This document shows, piece after piece, positions 8,937 through 21,399 of a stretch of 64,000 bases of DNA (positions are counted from its first letter, which is position 1; every line of letters starts with the position of its first letter). Both the position numbers and the translations under genes were made by a program. Below the pieces are notes generated by a model that saw nothing but the letters and a program-made list of their open reading frames with translations, did no database searches and was not told where the DNA came from. Origin of the DNA: Glycera tridactyla (taxonomy: Eukaryota); the NCBI GenBank assembly GCA_965644265.1, contig OZ286459.1, positions 50,840,001 through 50,904,000 of the forward strand, in the 5' to 3' direction.

Positions 8937-9157
8937 GAAAATACGCCGTGCGCATGCGCGGTGACCGGCAGGTCAATATGTCGGCATTTAGCACTAGGTG
9001 GTGCTAGTGACGGATAGTGACGGGAGGTCCATCTTGGAGAATTCTTTCAATATGTTTTGAAATATTCGGTATAGGTTATTAGGCATGGGGGATGCTAAAT
9101 TTGAGGGAGAGACAGGTAGGTATTAACATCCAGGTTAAGTAAACAACCTGGGGGTAA
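8937..9157 (-). repeat. 3' ITR plus ~30-bp terminal extension of element 1
   Basis: Inverted copy of 2039-2230 followed by atccaggttaagtaaacaacctgggggta. Confidence 0.95.
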
Positions 9158-10144
9158 TTACATGACTCATGACCATGAAGCACAGGAACTACTTCAGGAC
9201 CATGAACCCAAACACCTGTATAACGATAATCTTGGTATATACATATATGATCTGATTAATAAATCTAATTTGTTGATTGGGTAGCTTCAGTTGCAGAATG
9301 AAACAAGTGCAATGAAACAAGTACAAGGGGCAATGTTTGACAGCCTGATTTAAGGTCACAAAAGAAGTTCAAAGCATTAATGCTATGGAGAGAAGATAGT
9401 ACCAGCAAGGAAAAGCACATTTGAGTGTAGAGTTGGATAAACTGCAATCTACAAACATCTCAGTAGCCAGCGTAGTGGAGGCAAAAGAGGTGGATGTTGA
9501 GAGCAGAGTGCATGGAAGTCTTAAGCACAATGAGTAGGACTAGTTGATTAACAATTTTAGGCAGAGCAGCAAGAAAAGAAAAGAAAAGAAAAGAAAATGA
9601 GTAGCTTGATTGATTAACTCCTCCGGACAGGTGAATGAGAATAATTAAGCCCATACACTGGCAAAAGAGATGAGTATAAAGGATGATGGTAGTTCATAAT
9701 GTACATGAAAAAGATTGAAAGTTGATTTATGCTTCATATTCGCTCACCTGGTGGATCAGTCCGGAACTAAAGCATCGGTGGCGCCCCCATCAACCGCGGT
9801 CATTTTTGTAACTAATCAAGATGGCGATGTTGCGCTCAACTCTGCATTCGACGAGGAAATAAAACACATCTCTACGAATTTCACGGCAAGTACCGATATT
9901 CGCAGCACGCGAATCGAGAATATAGGTGTTTGATTAACTATTTGGCCGGATTCTATCGTTGTATTACATTCGCGGAGCTTTTTCACGGCCAATCTTTCGA
10001 GAAAACTCATATTATCGCCCAGCGACACGTGGTACATTTGACCAACGACAGTTTACCCTTCATACGCAAGAATAAAACAGTTCCCGTGTACTACGTGGTA
10101 CATTCGTTATTAGATTTACTCGAGATTTGTCTCGAGTATCTTTG

Positions 10145-10435
10145 ATTGGAGAACCTGGCTTTTTAGCCAAAAACCAGAAACCGGATAGGTTGTCTCCTAT
10201 CATTGATATACCAGCTTTGTCTGGTATGCAAGGTGTCTCTCAGGAAGATCTGTCCTTGTGTCCTGTTAGATGCCTTGAATGTTATCTGAGACGTATTGCT
10301 TCTGTTCGGGGAAACTGAAAGAAGTTATTTGTTGATCCATCTGCCTCTTCAGAGAAGGAGATCAGATTGGATCGCTTGTCCAGATGGGTCCGTGAGAAAG
10401 TGAAGAAGGCTCATTCTTCTGCTGAGGATTCAGTG
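10145..10435 (+). pseudogene. DIRS YR fragment
   Basis: EPGFLAKNQKPDRLSPIIDIPAL...LCPVRCLECYLRR...IRLDRLSRWV, homologous to the YRs of elements 1, 3 and 5; contains a stop. Confidence 0.85.
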
Positions 10436-13231
10436 TCTGTGGAAGGCTCCAGTTATCTCTGGCTCGATCCAATCCATATGCTCATCATCTGAGGGAGCTA
10501 CTGACACCCTAGATGAGGCTTTGGTATTCCTCATCTTACTCCACCAGTCTGGTGGTGCCCTTTTCTTGATCGCAGAAGGTGACCCCGCCTGACTGTACTC
10601 CCCAGACAACTTCCTCTTCCTGTGAGTCTGCAACCGAGTGGTGTTCTTAGTCCCAATGAGACCATAGTGTACCTCAGAAACCATCCTGTGTCCCTGCTGT
10701 ACATTTATCTTCATCGGACCCGCTCTCCCATGCAGCATTGACGCTAACCTCTGTGAAGGGTTGTCCTCTGCCCTGGCCTCAGAACCTGATCTGAAAATGG
10801 CAGCAGGTAATTTTCTTGGTTCATAGTGACTACTGTCATCTGATTCAGGATTCTCGCCACCTTCTGAAGATGACTAAACCACCTTATGCCTGTATCTGAT
10901 GCCCTGACTGGTGAATAGTCATGACTGCTCATATTCCTAACTTGAGTCTCACAGTGATGTCCGGTGCCCCAGACTCTACCAGATGATTGACTGAACTCAG
11001 GCCGTTTATGGCTACTCTCTCTAGAGTGGCTGGATCCCTGAGCACTGTGTTTGGCCTTCTTATATTTATGTGCACTGGGATTGCTCTCTGAAGACTGCCC
11101 CGTGCCCCGTACCTTGTCTGATACATGCCTGTGACTGCCAGACCCCGAAAAACTCTCAAAAGAGTGCCCGGTGTCATGTGCCATCGCTTGAACATGTACA
11201 GGGCCCCGAACCTCTGAACTAACATCAATATGCTGCCCGAGCCTGGCGCCCTGTCAGACACACTCCTGGTGCCCTGAGCCTCAGGACCGCCCTCAATAGA
11301 GCACCCCGAGCCAGGTGCCCCCACAGAAGCTCGTCCTGGACCTAGACCATCAGGACCGCCTTCACTAGAGCGCCCCGTGCCTGGTGTCCCGACCGAAGCT
11401 TTTGGGCGCCCTGAGCCCCAGGACCACCCTCAATAGAGTGCCCTGTGCCCAACACCCTGGCAGAAGCTTGTCCCACACCCAGAGCATCAGGATCGCCCTC
11501 AATAGAGCGCGCCGTGCCCCGTGCCCTGACCAAAGCTTTGGCACCCTGAGCCCCAGGACAACTCTCAAAAGAGTGCCTGGTGCCCGGTGCCCTGCCCTGA
11601 GTGAGTTCTGAACTCTGTGACTCTGTCCCAGTGCCCTGTGCCCAGACAGAATGACCGGTGCCTGGCGACCTGACAGAGATGTGTTCAGCACCCTTAGCAT
11701 CCCGGGTACCCTCAACAGAATGTCATGTGCCCGGTGCCCTGACAGAACTATGTTTTGAACCCCTAGGTTCCTGGGTATGCCCTGCAGAACTATGTGGGAT
11801 AGGCTCTGTTTGTTTGGACTTCTTAGAAGCCCGAGTGTCCTTCTTGGAGTGTTTCTTTGGGTCATCAACAGGAAGACTCTGGGCTGACTTTGTACTTCTC
11901 TGATTTGTAGAAGAACTAGCTGTTTTAACCCCTGGCTCACTATGCTGGCCTACCCTCAGTTTAGCCTTGAACACAAGGGAGTCTGAGGCTTGCGATTGAC
12001 CTAATGGTGGCCTAAAGGATATTCTTCCATATGGGGTGACTACCGATGTGGCCTGATGCGTCTTCTCTGTGTCTGCAATGGATGACCTACTTCAAGAAGA
12101 TTTTGGAGAAATCTTAGCCGACTTAGTAGAACTCACTATCTTTCTACTAGACTGGGCCATGTCTCCTGGCAACTCAAGGATTGGCAACAAAACTCGTGGT
12201 GACCTGTTCAGGATCCGATCTGATGCACCCTGAACTACAGAGGAGCGAACTGAAGGGGAAGATATGGACTCTTGCTTTTTGTGAACATACCTCCGAGATT
12301 TGTATGAACGGCGAGCATAGTGACGCTTCCATTCAGCATCAGTCCATGCCTCGCAGACAACACATTCTTCCCCACTCTCACTCTCCCCATGCCAACAGTC
12401 TCTACACAAGGGACAGTTGTCATGTCTATCCCATCCCCCGAGGAAATGCCCACACATCCCTTTACGTGAACCTTGAGACATGATTCAAACACAATGTGTG
12501 TGTAACAACCTTTATTTCTGGTGTGTCATGGATCTTTGAGGCCTTGTAAGAGATATGAAAATCACAGACACTCAATGAGCGTCGTTTCAGGGTGTGTGCG
12601 TGTAACGTGCGTAACAATGCAACTCAATGAGGTGCCCGGTGACACCCGCGAGGTATCTTATCAATGCAATCCAGTGACAGTCAGATCAGCGCTGGTAGAC
12701 AACACACAATACCTGCGAGTGACACGAATCAGAGCACGTCAGCGCTAAGAGCGCCGGTGAGCGAAATCAAGAGCCTGGGCGGAGCGCAACATGGAGCGCC
12801 CGGAGACGCACTGGCCTCTCGTTCCGCGCACTGCCTTTCCGGCAGAACATGCAATGGTAACATGCCGTGTAACAAAACTGTGCTGCGCAAATATTTTCAA
12901 ACACTACGAATTGCGCAATGTGCAACTGAAACGGTCTCTAAATCGTAGTGAAAGTACCCACACACGCGAAACAGACGTAGGCTAAGTGCTAAGCTGAAAA
13001 TCGTAGATTTTCTACGGGAATTTTCTCTCTCAAAACCTTTACAAATGGCCGAAAAAAGAAAATACGAAGTGCGCATGCACACAATTCGCCTGGTTTGCAA
13101 TATTTGCGATAGATGGTGATGTCACGGTGGCGGGAGGATGCATGCCGCTGAAAAATCTTCCATATGTTGGAAGTTCGGAGGTAGGCATGGGGGATGCAGA
13201 ATCTGAGTGAGAGACAGGTACGGTATTTAAC
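10436..13231 (-). mobile_element. 3'-truncated, decayed DIRS element 2 (5' ITR, 5' UTR and 5' half of gag)
   Basis: The minus strand begins gttaaataccgtacctgtctctc at 13231. The gag N-terminus is at 12481 (MSQGSRKGMCGHFLGGWDRHDNCPLCRDC), followed by broken repeat-rich gag. No pol or 3' ITR found. Confidence 0.85.
11215..11600. repeat. ~66-69 bp minisatellite (5-6 diverged units) inside element 2 gag
   Basis: Recurring caggac(c/a)rccctcaatagagygccc...gaagct...ctgagccc units. Confidence 0.8.
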
Positions 13232-13239
13232 CCGGGTGT

Positions 13240-13770
13240 TATAACCTTTCAATGTCTCTAGATCATTATTCTGATCCCAGTTCAGCATTGAAACCAAGGG
13301 TGCCGAGGTTAGACTAATCCTATTGTCCCGACAACACTGGGCCCAGACTTCCCATCCGGCATTGTATACCCGCTTTGTGGAGCTTCCGGTAGATTTAGCG
13401 ACTCAAAGGATCACCTGAGCTGAATAGCCCTTGGCGACAAGGGCCTCCCTGATATGCACCATGTGTAAAGATTCAGGTTCACTAACTGGATCAGGATGTC
13501 CCTCGAGTCTGGCAGTTGAATAGGATTCATCACTGCCAGCTCAAACAGATCTGGGAACCATGATTGGTTCGGCCACCATGGCACCACTCATACTAGTATC
13601 ATATCTAGATCTCGCTTTTAATGCAGTCGGAGGAAACACGTATACTACCTCGATTTGATCCAAGGGTTTCGATATTGTTGACTGACAATGCGTAGGGATC
13701 CAGAAATGGACTGATGAACACTGGCAGTCGTTTGTTGGCGAACTTTGCAATTAGATCGACCAGGGAAGAC
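13240..13770 (-). pseudogene. Decayed DIRS pol C-terminus (MT-like domain) / YR start
   Basis: VDLIAKFANKRLPVFISPFLDPYALSV, VYVFPPTAL and APWWPNQSWFPDL in shifting frames. Confidence 0.8.
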
Positions 13771-14199
13771 ACTCTGGACTCTGGAGTTGGTCCTATTCTC
13801 ACCTGGTGGCGACTAACTGAACGTGACTCCTCCGTGGCTGCCACCAACCAGAACGAACACCTGGCGGTATCCAGAACGAATGCTACGTGCCGCCAAGCAA
13901 CCATGCCACAGGTGCACTTATACACACTTATCTATCAGTGCCACAGGTGAAACCTACTAGGCGACACCTGGCGGCAGCCAGTTGAATGTGCTTCCATCAG
14001 CGGTGCCACCAAACATAGAGGAAACCATATATGCCAACAACCCATCGCAAGTGCACCATCGGCTCTGAATGAGGACACTCGCTGCCACGACCAGATTGCC
14101 ACCAAATTACCACCTGAAGTGAACATACGGGTCTCGTAGTGACGCAAAACACCCTCACTTGGCTCATAGGAACAGTAGCAATCAGATACACCATGCACA

Positions 14200-14234
14200 C
14201 GCACTCACACACATACATCCACATGCATACACAG

Positions 14235-14305
<71 letters not shown>

Positions 14306-14620
14306 CACACACACCTCGACTCATAGAAACAGGAGCAATCAGGCGCACTTGTACACACGGACCACGCCCACACACGCGCAGGAACTCACTGACACACCCA
14401 CATGCACACACCCACACACACCCCAACTAAGATGAACAGTGGCAACCAGCCACAAACATATGCACGAACTCACACACACACCACCCACATGCACACATTC
14501 ACGCATGCACATGCACACACCTGCGCACATACAAACACACATGGTTTCGAACTAATGCAAACACACACCTACACAACCACAAACACGCACCCACGAGTAC
14601 ACACTCATAAACAAATCGAA
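14200..14620. repeat. (CA)n microsatellite and degenerate CA-rich tract
   Basis: Pure (ca)n at about 14237-14300 within CA-rich flanks; explains the VCVC/HTHT ORFs. Confidence 0.95.
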
Positions 14621-15529
14621 CACATGCCACTAGCACAGTCACACCCATGTAGGCATGCTCAATCACAAGGCTGTCAAATATGAAAATGAGGACTCTAAGC
14701 TACTTCCATAAGCTCTATTTGATTGACACGATGAGAATCACATACTGTCTGATACAGCTTTTGTCTATTGGCGCACTTCAATCATTCGTTTACTTATCGG
14801 TCATACATTTATCATTCATTTACTACTCACCTTGTCATCAATTTATACTCAGACTCGTTCATTCACTCATTCATGCATCTCATTCATTAATTTATTCATC
14901 AATTGGCTGACCACCTATACAATGCTATTTGTACTCGTATTTGTGACTATACCTGTAACGTGGTAGGAGTGACCCAAAACCTCTCTGTTGCACCCATGAA
15001 TGAAAGATGGCACCAATGGATCTTGGCACATCATCCTGAACAGTGGCATACACATACGCACAGGTATACACTCATACACAGGCACACATATGTCACACAC
15101 ACCGACACTGTCGATCTGTATACTTTATACTGTGTGCTGCAGATGGTAAAAATAACCGTATTCTATGTGCCTATGTGCGACTCAGAAGCTTACCTACGTC
15201 TTACTTACACGTTGACACGCATTCCTCTTTGCTGTAAATACCAGTCATGCACCACTTCACACATCGCCTCATATCGCCTCATACCAATATGAACCCATGT
15301 AAATAGGCATTAATAATTACAGGGACTGTAACTTGCTGTAAGACTCCCTACCACAACTACTGCATTCACAAGGTACTAGAATCAAGAATAATCGCTTCTG
15401 CTAAGCACTGACAATACCCTTGACCCACTTGACAAGTCGACTCTGGAATACTTTCATCGATCCACACACGCAAGCCAAGCCATGCAACCCAAATACAAAC
15501 ACTAAGAAATTTCTATTCTCACCAATTTT

Positions 15530-16200
15530 ATGAATCAACGAAGAGAAACACATATATTTCCAACTGAACATGCCCTATCTGACATCGATTATAGCATAGC
15601 ATCTCTTTCCAATTTACCAGGCATAAGTTTTGCCGGCTTGAATGTTCAGAGTTTTACGCGAAAAGTAGATGAGATACGGTTGCTACTAACGAAAAGCGGA
15701 CTTGACTTTCTGTCACTAACTGAAACCTTCCTTAATGATTGCATCTGCGATGATGAATTCGAGATACCGGGATATAACTTTATCAGATCAGACCGGACCG
15801 CAGCAGGCGGCAAATCTGGAGGAGGTGGCTGCTTACTCTATTTTGGCGCGCAATATAACATAACAGAATTAAGCGACCTCCAGACATGTGATTCTAACAT
15901 AGAGGGCGTTTGGTCCCTTCTCAAACTCAGAACTTGCCGGCCATTGGTAGTGGGAGAAGTCTACCGCCCACTTGATGGTAATATTGAGGATGCCATAGCT
16001 TACCTCAATTTGTGCATCAGTAACTTGGGCGAAAGCCTGCCAGCCCATGACATCATCATCTTGGGAGATTTAACATCGATATATCCTCCCCCAGAGACGC
16101 AAAGACTAGAAGATACAACTCCTTCCTCAAAGATTATGCTCTCACGCAATTGAATAATACGCCAACCAGAATAGGAACCACCAGCTCTACTACTATTGAC
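15530..16200 (+). pseudogene. CR1/L2-group LINE APE endonuclease fragment
   Basis: SLSNLPGISFAGLNVQS...DFLSLTETFL...RSDR...GGGCLLY...YRP...IILGD, ending near a ..IDH motif. Confidence 0.85.
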
Positions 16201-16204
16201 CATT

Positions 16205-17326
16205 GAGCAACCGCGGAGATTCGCATGGATTGTATTTCCATGGGGATCCAGCAACTGGTGAAAGAGGCATCTGAGTCATTCCAGGAGTCTCTGACTCAAG
16301 ACTCAGTGTCAGCACATGAGATCAGGGTCATTTCAACATCTTGGTGGTCACTGAATCACTCATGCCGTGGATGACCTAATGAGGGCTGTGTACTGGAGGT
16401 CCAGCAATACATTTGCTAAGTTTTACCACCGTGACATGTGCGGTCAAGCTCTTGACCTTTATCACTAGCCCCTATTGTCTCTGCTAAGGCTGTTATTCAG
16501 CCTCCTTCCGATGCTTAAATTTTGTTTTATGGGTTATTGATGTATTGTATATAGTGTTCATTGCTGTGTATATATCAATAGTAGTCGCTGTGAAGTCTCA
16601 GAGTGATCTAATTTTTTTTTACCTTCTCAAAGGTATCAGACCTGAGAAAAATGGCGTGTTGGCTCTAAGCCCTCCATCCATGTTTTATTCTATGCTTGAT
16701 TTGAGGGAGAAATGGTACAGTAGTTGAACCTCCCCAGGTTTGTTTATCTGAACTGGGGTTCAATACTTACCCATTCCTCCCTCAAATTGGATTTCCCCTC
16801 CCGTCCGCCCCGCTATAGAGCTGTTATTATATAAAGTTGGTGAATGGCTCGTTGAAAATACGACGATAATAGAGGCAAAGGTATCAGACCTGAGAAAAAT
16901 GGCGTGTTGGCTCTAAGCCCTCCATCCATGTTTTATTCTATGCTTGATTTGAGGGAGAAATGGTACAGTAGTTGAACCTCCCCAGGTTTGTTTATCTAAA
17001 CTGGGGTTCAATACTTACCCATTCCTCCCTCAAATTGGATTTCCCCTCCCGTCCGCCCCGCTATAGAGCTGTTATTATATAAAGTTGGTGAATGGCTCGT
17101 TGAAAATACGACGATAATAGAGGCACAGGAAACGGCCTCATGGCAGTAGCCACCTGGTGTAAATATATGGCGGCGGCAGAGGTTTCAGTCCACCAATTTT
17201 CATTTGTGTAGTTATATTGTTCGCACGTAGGCAATTCAGTCTGGGGAATGCTCAATTTGAGAGAGAAATGGGTAAGTATTGAACCCCAGGTTAGATAAAC
17301 GAATCGTTGGGGGGGGGGGGGGGGGT
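16205..17326 (+). mobile_element. 3' remnant of a family-B-related DIRS (YR C-terminus, duplicated ICR, 3' ITR)
   Basis: VSAHEIRVISTSW...YWRSSNTFAKFYHRDMCGQ; ICR tttgagggagaaatggtacag...ccaggttt...atacttaccc; the 3' ITR resembles that of element 3 and ends in poly-G. Confidence 0.88.
16629..17124 (+). repeat. 248-bp near-perfect tandem duplication covering the ICR
   Basis: aaaggtatcagacctgag...gataatagaggc occurs twice (16629-16876 and 16877-17124); I saw one mismatch (tatctgaac vs tatctaaac). Confidence 0.92.
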
Positions 17327-17343
17327 CAATGAAAATACATGTT

Positions 17344-17380
17344 TTAAGGGAAATTTCACCCGAAAATGAAAAGATTGACT
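17344..17380 (+). mobile_element. Possible Kolobok/TTAA-type DNA-transposon terminus (single end only)
   Basis: ttaagggaaatttcacccgaaaatgaaa resembles TTAA-flanked AGGG..TTCACCC.AAAATGAAA termini as I recall them; no partner end found. Confidence 0.25.
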
Positions 17381-20249
17381 GGATCTCTTTTCCAATGATT
17401 GGGAAAGCTAAGAAAAACAGATCAGCTGTGTGTGCTATTCATGAGACCCGCAGCAAAAGTTCACCTGAGTGGTGACCTGATAAGTACACATGACATCGAG
17501 CTGCTATTGTTATACCGAGCCAGCAATGTTGGTTTCCACTGTCCTCACATGGACTGGGCTGAGTTGTCAGGGTCAAAACACACAGATTCTGAGAGAAAAA
17601 AAACTGCTGTTTCTGTCTATATTTCAACTGGAAATGATCTTACAGAAATATTTCTCTCACATATGTATCCCTATTGGAATTATCTGTGTAAATATTTGAA
17701 TTTTGAATGATTCAAATAATTTAGGAGACCTAAGAAAACTTAGGATAATTATCAACAGTTTAAATCTGATATATTGGTGCTATATTGAGACGTTCATACA
17801 CACAGCTTCCTTCACCCGGCAGATTCAGTGAGTCCTAGCGAAAAATACACTTTATACCAGCTCCTGCTTAGCCCAGTTCCACCCATACTGGCGTACTGTA
17901 CCAGGAATATGGCCTACTTCCACGCAGTTCCACTGTTCCCACATTGTTCCACATTGTTCCACGATCACCAAAACAGCACAGGAAATTTACAGAAGCAACT
18001 TAGACTGCCATAAATAGTGTAAATTATCAGCTAAAAATGGATCTAAAAGGCATTTTGAAAGCAAAATACCTAGCATCAAAAATCATCCAAAAACATGCAA
18101 AATTAAGATTTTTAGACCGTGTATGCTTGACGATCAGTGCATTCAAAACAAAGCATGGAAGATCCGATGACATGAAATGGCATGATACTAAAATGGCCAG
18201 TGGAGCAAGTATGGACAATGACTCCTAAAAAAACCTCCTAAATGATCCTAAAACAGCTGCTAATCATGTCAAAACTTACATGAATCACATATAGCTGTTT
18301 TCAGTGGATGGAGTTCATGGCAAAGTCCAAGGCAGCGAACTTGGAGGGGACACAGATGGCAAAATCCCTGACTCCTACAGCTCCGATGCGTACTCTTCAG
18401 GACATAATTTTCAAGTGCCAGAGAATCTAGGGTCCGAACACTTTTATGTAACTGCCCTGGAGAGCTAGAATGATTGGGAACTGTGCGCGGGAAAGAAGAT
18501 GCCAACTTCTCCAAGTCAGATACGCTGAATGTATCTACTTCTAGCTAAAAAGATCTATTTCAGTCAAGTTTTCGGAGAAAGCATGTCACTATCATGTCAA
18601 TTTCCACCGACTCGACTCCGAGCTCGCCAACTCTGGGAAGCGTTCACCACACTGTGTGATCAAAACTGATGATGAGAATTTGCTCGAAAACGGACTTTAC
18701 CTCGTGCTAACTTTTTTGCCTCAAAAGATATCTTTCCCATCTTCGGTATATCTTTAGCCCATATCAGATACATATTGTATTAAAATATAGCCTTCCTACG
18801 TTCATTATCCACTGAGATATCCCAGATTTCCTATGGGACTCCTAGAAACACTGCAAGCAGGGCGCATTCCGAGTACTGCGAGTCTGCCGCGAGTTACTTG
18901 AGCTCTAGTTGCCATGTCAACGGTCTTTCGAATATATAATCCCAAAACTAGAAACTAACAGGGTCACATACAAAAAGCAGTCTTTATATGTGAAAATACC
19001 TCCCAGGATGGGAAACTAGTGCCGCAGGCCTCAAAAGGAAATACAGCGAACTTCACTAATTGAAATCCCTATATTGTTCATGTTTATTTAACTAACGTCA
19101 TGGCATGCAAAAACGTGGCGTTACAATAATATGTAATGTGGAAGTGAAATAGTATATATTCGGTTGCGATGGACGGGGTCATGTGTTCGCTCATAAACAG
19201 CAATTTGCCCAAATCAAACTAGTTACTAGCATTCTAATACAAATATGTGCTGTCAGGTAGATGGAGGGCAAATTGGATTTGTCCGGATACAACAATGCCC
19301 GGCTATTAGGCCCAAATAAACGTTGTACCTTCGTCGAAAATCGCCGACAGGATATTACATTTGCGGATTTGATGGAGTCTCGACGCACTGACAGAAATGT
19401 ATTGTCTTCGGTGTTCATGCATGTCTCCCGTGTCTAACACTGCATAACTCACCTAATCCCACCTTTAATATCGCATGCATCAACACTTTCTTTATGGGAT
19501 CTACACTGACGTACAGACACATGCACATGTCCCACTGCGTTATATGTATACTCCCGGATTGGCCTCCTTCATTTCCAGATGGATAGAACATTCATGAGTA
19601 ATTTCGGAATGCCTGGGCCGTAGAGAGTTGACATATTCCATACTGTGTATTGACTTGGGATATTGCAAGAAAATCATTCATTTGAAGAAATTGCGTGTCA
19701 TTCTTCTCCGTCGAACCTGCCTTTTCGGAGGCTTGTCGTTCTACTATGCCCTGCTTTCTCTGGAGTATCAGAGTATTATAGTATTCAGTCAGTACAGTGT
19801 TTTTAGGTCATAGCAGTAAATAATGACCGGAAGAAAAGTGGCATGGATGGAAAGCTGAATGTGAAAGAAATAAATATTGTCAATCTCACGTGGTAGCTCG
19901 TCATTGTGTGGGTAGCAGCATTGGTTTCACCGGCATCATAACAATGCGACGGTAGCAGACACGTCAATTTGGCCGATGATCCGGACAAAGTTGTTGTCGG
20001 TCTCGTGTCAACATATACGTATGCTCTTCTGTTCCTTTGTTGGTTTAGCATTGACGCTCATACGTGATAGCATTGCCCCGCAGCGTCATCATCAGAATTT
20101 GCGTCAAGCCTCGGAGTACTACCATGTTTCACGTCAGACTTTTTGTTGCTTTTGGACTTACGCCGAGATTTTTCTTGAAATTGAAGCTCAACATCCAAGG
20201 CTTCTACCACGACCAGATCTCGTAACCAGGCTTCAAAGGCTTCAAAGGG

Positions 20250-20420
20250 CATTTCTATACCCACAAACTGCTGCTAGTTCAAGTCCTGATTCAGAAAGCT
20301 GAATAAGAAAGTCTGCCACCTCTGGAGTTGAGAGGTTCCCAAGATCCACCCTGGGCTCCCTACACCAGGAGTACCCTTTCTTCAATCGGCTGTTGTTTAA
20401 TCGATTGCTCAAGGTGAAAT
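20250..20420 (-). pseudogene. DIRS YR N-terminal fragment
   Basis: YSWCREPRVDLGNLSTPEVADFLIQLSESGLELAAVCGYRNAL aligns with FYWCQSNRVDCKNPLAPQVVEFFLSLFDAGLKPATIWGYRNAL of element 3. Confidence 0.75.
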
Positions 20421-20490
20421 ATTCTAAGTGAGTTTTTATACTCAGTCAAGTAAATGGTGAAGTCTCCTAGTGCCCAAACATCGGCCTAAC

Positions 20491-20676
20491 TTATAACATC
20501 TCAAAGGCGTTGTCAATACTTCCATCGGGCGGTCTATAGATGAAGCCTATGTAAGTTGCCCTCGTATGTGGTAGGTCCAGTCTACACCAGGACATTCCGA
20601 TATCTCTATTGATCAGATTCCACTGATGTTCAAGGCTAAAAATGTTGTGGTCTCGACAATAAATGCAAATACCCAC
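20491..20676 (-). pseudogene. LINE APE fragment
   Basis: WCRLDLPHTRATYIGFIYRPPDGSIDNAF (APE YRPP motif). Confidence 0.7.
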
Positions 20677-21399
20677 CCCCTCCGAGAGCTTCCCAGTGTC
20701 ACGAGTTCTATCTCACCTATACAAAGTATAATTTGGAATTTGAGATATTATCAGTGAGGAAAGTTTCAACAAATCCAATGCAATCAAGTTCACTTTGCTG
20801 CATTGGAATCGAAAAAAAGTCAAAACACAAAGAACCTCGCAAATAGAATTATTTTTTTTGCCTCAATTCCCACCCTTGGGATAGGTTGCTGAGAACCCAA
20901 TGTCTGCTTTTCTGGTTAATGGATACATATGACATCTCCCTTGACGTGGAATTCTACCTTCTCACTACAATATTCTCATAGATCATTGAAATGTACCAAG
21001 AACATTGCAAATGAAATTATTTTTCTTGTCTCAATTCATACTCTTCGAAAGTGCTGCTAAGGGACTTTTTCTTGTCCTTGTAGCCAGCCATAACAGTCCA
21101 AGTTGTCTTCGCAGATTGTGAGTCGTATCAGCCAATACGATTCCTGCATGAGGATGATTCTAAGGGGCCTTCGGAGCGACTAATAACAGAAGAGTCGAGG
21201 ACTCCTTTGTCTGAAAAGGACCGTCCCAATCGATAGGACAGTTCTGTTTGGATGGCGTGATGCCATCTGCATTTCTTCGAGCCACAGTCATATGCTTCAA
21301 TCATCCTCAACGTTGACGTCGGGTTCTTCGGTGTATTGTAAAACTTCCTACATGTTTTTCGGTTAACCGGCAGTGGACCTAGCCAAACTCACAGCTGTT

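Larger units (their letters stand above)
2039..9157 (+). mobile_element. DIRS1-type tyrosine-recombinase retrotransposon, element 1 (family A), full length with intact ORFs
   Basis: ITRs at 2039-2230 and 8937-9157, ICR at 8807-8901, gag-like ORF, RT/RH/MT ORF and overlapping YR ORF. No target-site duplication. Confidence 0.96.

Noticed and set aside
9121-9127. TATTAAC branch-point-like motif after the 3' ITR donor
   Set aside because: It is too close to the donor to work and is simply the complement of the GTTAATA terminus.
11215-11600. Repeat units with variable interiors resembling a CRISPR array
   Set aside because: The units are degenerate minisatellite copies inside a gag, the spacers are not unique, the context is eukaryotic and there are no cas genes.
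13997-14683. VCVC/HTHT-rich ORFs
   Set aside because: They are translations of a (CA)n microsatellite.
18666-18690. Hammerhead-like ctgatga...gaaa
   Set aside because: Stem II is out of register by one base and no stems I or III could be formed.
19191-19450. THAP-like C...C...ISCRRF...LLYPD pattern on the minus strand
   Set aside because: The Cys spacing is too short, the conserved His and Trp are absent, and there is an upstream stop.
20058-20264. Plausible-looking protein MGIEMPFEAFEAW...
   Set aside because: Its 5' part is an alternative frame of a DIRS YR fragment and the rest has no recognisable motif; it cannot be supported as a host exon.
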